This document shows, one piece after another, positions 62,731 to 64,000 of a DNA stretch of 64,000 bases. The stretch comes from Styela clava. Its lineage: Eukaryota. The notes beneath the pieces are model-generated. The model was not told where the DNA came from. It saw nothing but the letters and a program-made list of their open reading frames with translations, and made no database searches. A program made the translations under genes and the position numbers. The stretch lies in assembly GCF_964204865.1 (NCBI RefSeq), contig NC_135261.1:18848001-18912000 (forward strand). The letters are read 5' to 3'. Position 1 is the stretch's first letter, and each line of letters opens with the position of its first letter.

Positions 62731-63955
62731 TTGGGGTATACTGCGCTAAAATACGTTAAATAGTACTGGGGTAAGAATGCGCAGATAGGGTGATCAATCT
62801 CTATGCGCCCTCCCACGTACCAACATTTTTTTTTCTCGAGATCGTTGAAGCATGTTACTCGATGTAATGTGAATTATATATTAAAATTAAAAGTGTAAAA
62901 CTTTAATTAAACTTACTAAACTCCTCTGTTCAAATTTGTATTCAGATTTGCATATTCCAGATCTGTATATTCAAGGTGTGTGGTGTCATCTAGTACAGTT
63001 AGTCATCTAGTACAGATTGCTACTTAACATCACAGCGAATTCTGCGATAAAGAATTAGCTTCAAAGAAAATTGATTCATAAACTTCCGTCGGCATAGTAT
63101 GAAGGCATTTGGGCTGGATTCCAGACTTGTCGTATTCATCCGTAAAAATAAAAAAAAAATAAAAAAAATGGCACCATATTTAATCGTGGTATGTGAAATT
63201 GTAGTTTTTTAATGCAAATGATGTAATTTTATTTTAAATAAAAAATATGAACGTTCAGCACTACCTTGTTTTTGTTGTTTGCAGAAAAGCCTTTGATTTA
63301 ACTGTTTGCGTGACCTTTATTCAAAACTGGTGCACGAGGTAAATTTTTTAAACCCACTGGAATTTTCTCATTTCTAATTTGAAGTGCGTACTTCCAGTGG
63401 TGAGATTCAACCGGTTCGCATGTCAATGTTCTGTTTGTAACAGAACCGTCTGAAAAATATGACTTTTTTGATAGAACCGGCTGACAAAAAATATAAATCT
63501 CACCACTGCGTACTTCCGTTTGTTTTGTTATTTCTTTGAAGCCCCAAGGATCAGATTTTATCACGTGCATTCATGTGTGCAATGTAACTTGATACTTTGT
63601 ACCAGCAGTGGTTCTTATCTGTCCAGGTGTGTAGAACAACAGCTCTCCCAGTAACACGGTATATTTAGGTATCTCCGGACATCTGTAATAAAATATATCT
63701 AACTGTGGCGCTGTATTTACTGTTATATTTCATAGAAGATATACAATCACTCATGTCCATGTATTTCATTAAAATACAGAAACGACAATTTAAATAAAAA
63801 TGATTTGTAAATATCTATGTTATTAAGGATAAAATGTTCGTTATACTGGGGGAAATTATAAATACCGGAAAATATAGCTTTGGTGACTATCCATTAAAAA
63901 CTGTTTGTAATATAATGAGTGTACTTAACTCATTCCAAGCATTGGTGAGGGTAAA
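62731..63955 (+). repeat. Local direct duplication, copy 2 (partner 59581-60938)
   Basis: Colinear with copy 1; has extra sequence at about 63060-63172 and a shorter MITE. Confidence 0.9.
63395..63508. mobile_element. hAT-type MITE (internally deleted, 114 bp) at the equivalent position in duplication copy 2
   Basis: TIR cagtggtgagatt / aatctcaccactg; perfect TSD cgtacttc on both sides. Confidence 0.85.
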
Positions 63956-64000
63956 AGTTAAATTATCAAAAATTGGAAAAAGCAAATTTTCAGACATGCT

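Overview
AT-rich, intron-rich animal genomic DNA, most likely a tunicate/ascidian (inferred from gene content and short GT-AG introns, not proven). I could splice five protein-coding genes by hand, all encoding secreted or cell-surface proteins. (A, B) A head-to-head pair of paralogues: B (5436-13281, +) is signal peptide + Ly6/uPAR-like three-finger domain + 10 sushi/CCP repeats + VWA; A (-) runs off the left edge. (C) A 125-aa secreted 12-Cys orphan (16383-17783, -). (D) A 36-exon, about 2,060-aa secreted protein with four tandem GH9 cellulase domains (21298-41846, +). (E) An EGF-ZP-transmembrane protein (42819-50952, -). The main finding is in D: GH9 domains 1-3 all carry Gln in place of the catalytic acid Glu (domains 1 and 3 also lose the first Asp of DAGD), and only domain 4 is catalytically intact. 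Domain 4 follows a furin-type RSKR site and ends in a Thr-rich stalk plus a polybasic tail, suggesting a pseudo-cellulase/cellulase polyprotein. Introns and the right 13 kb contain non-autonomous transposons (Helentron/DINE-1-like HINEs, hAT-type elements, foldback MITEs) and a local duplication of a decayed LINE fragment. All gene models are manual splice predictions without transcript evidence.
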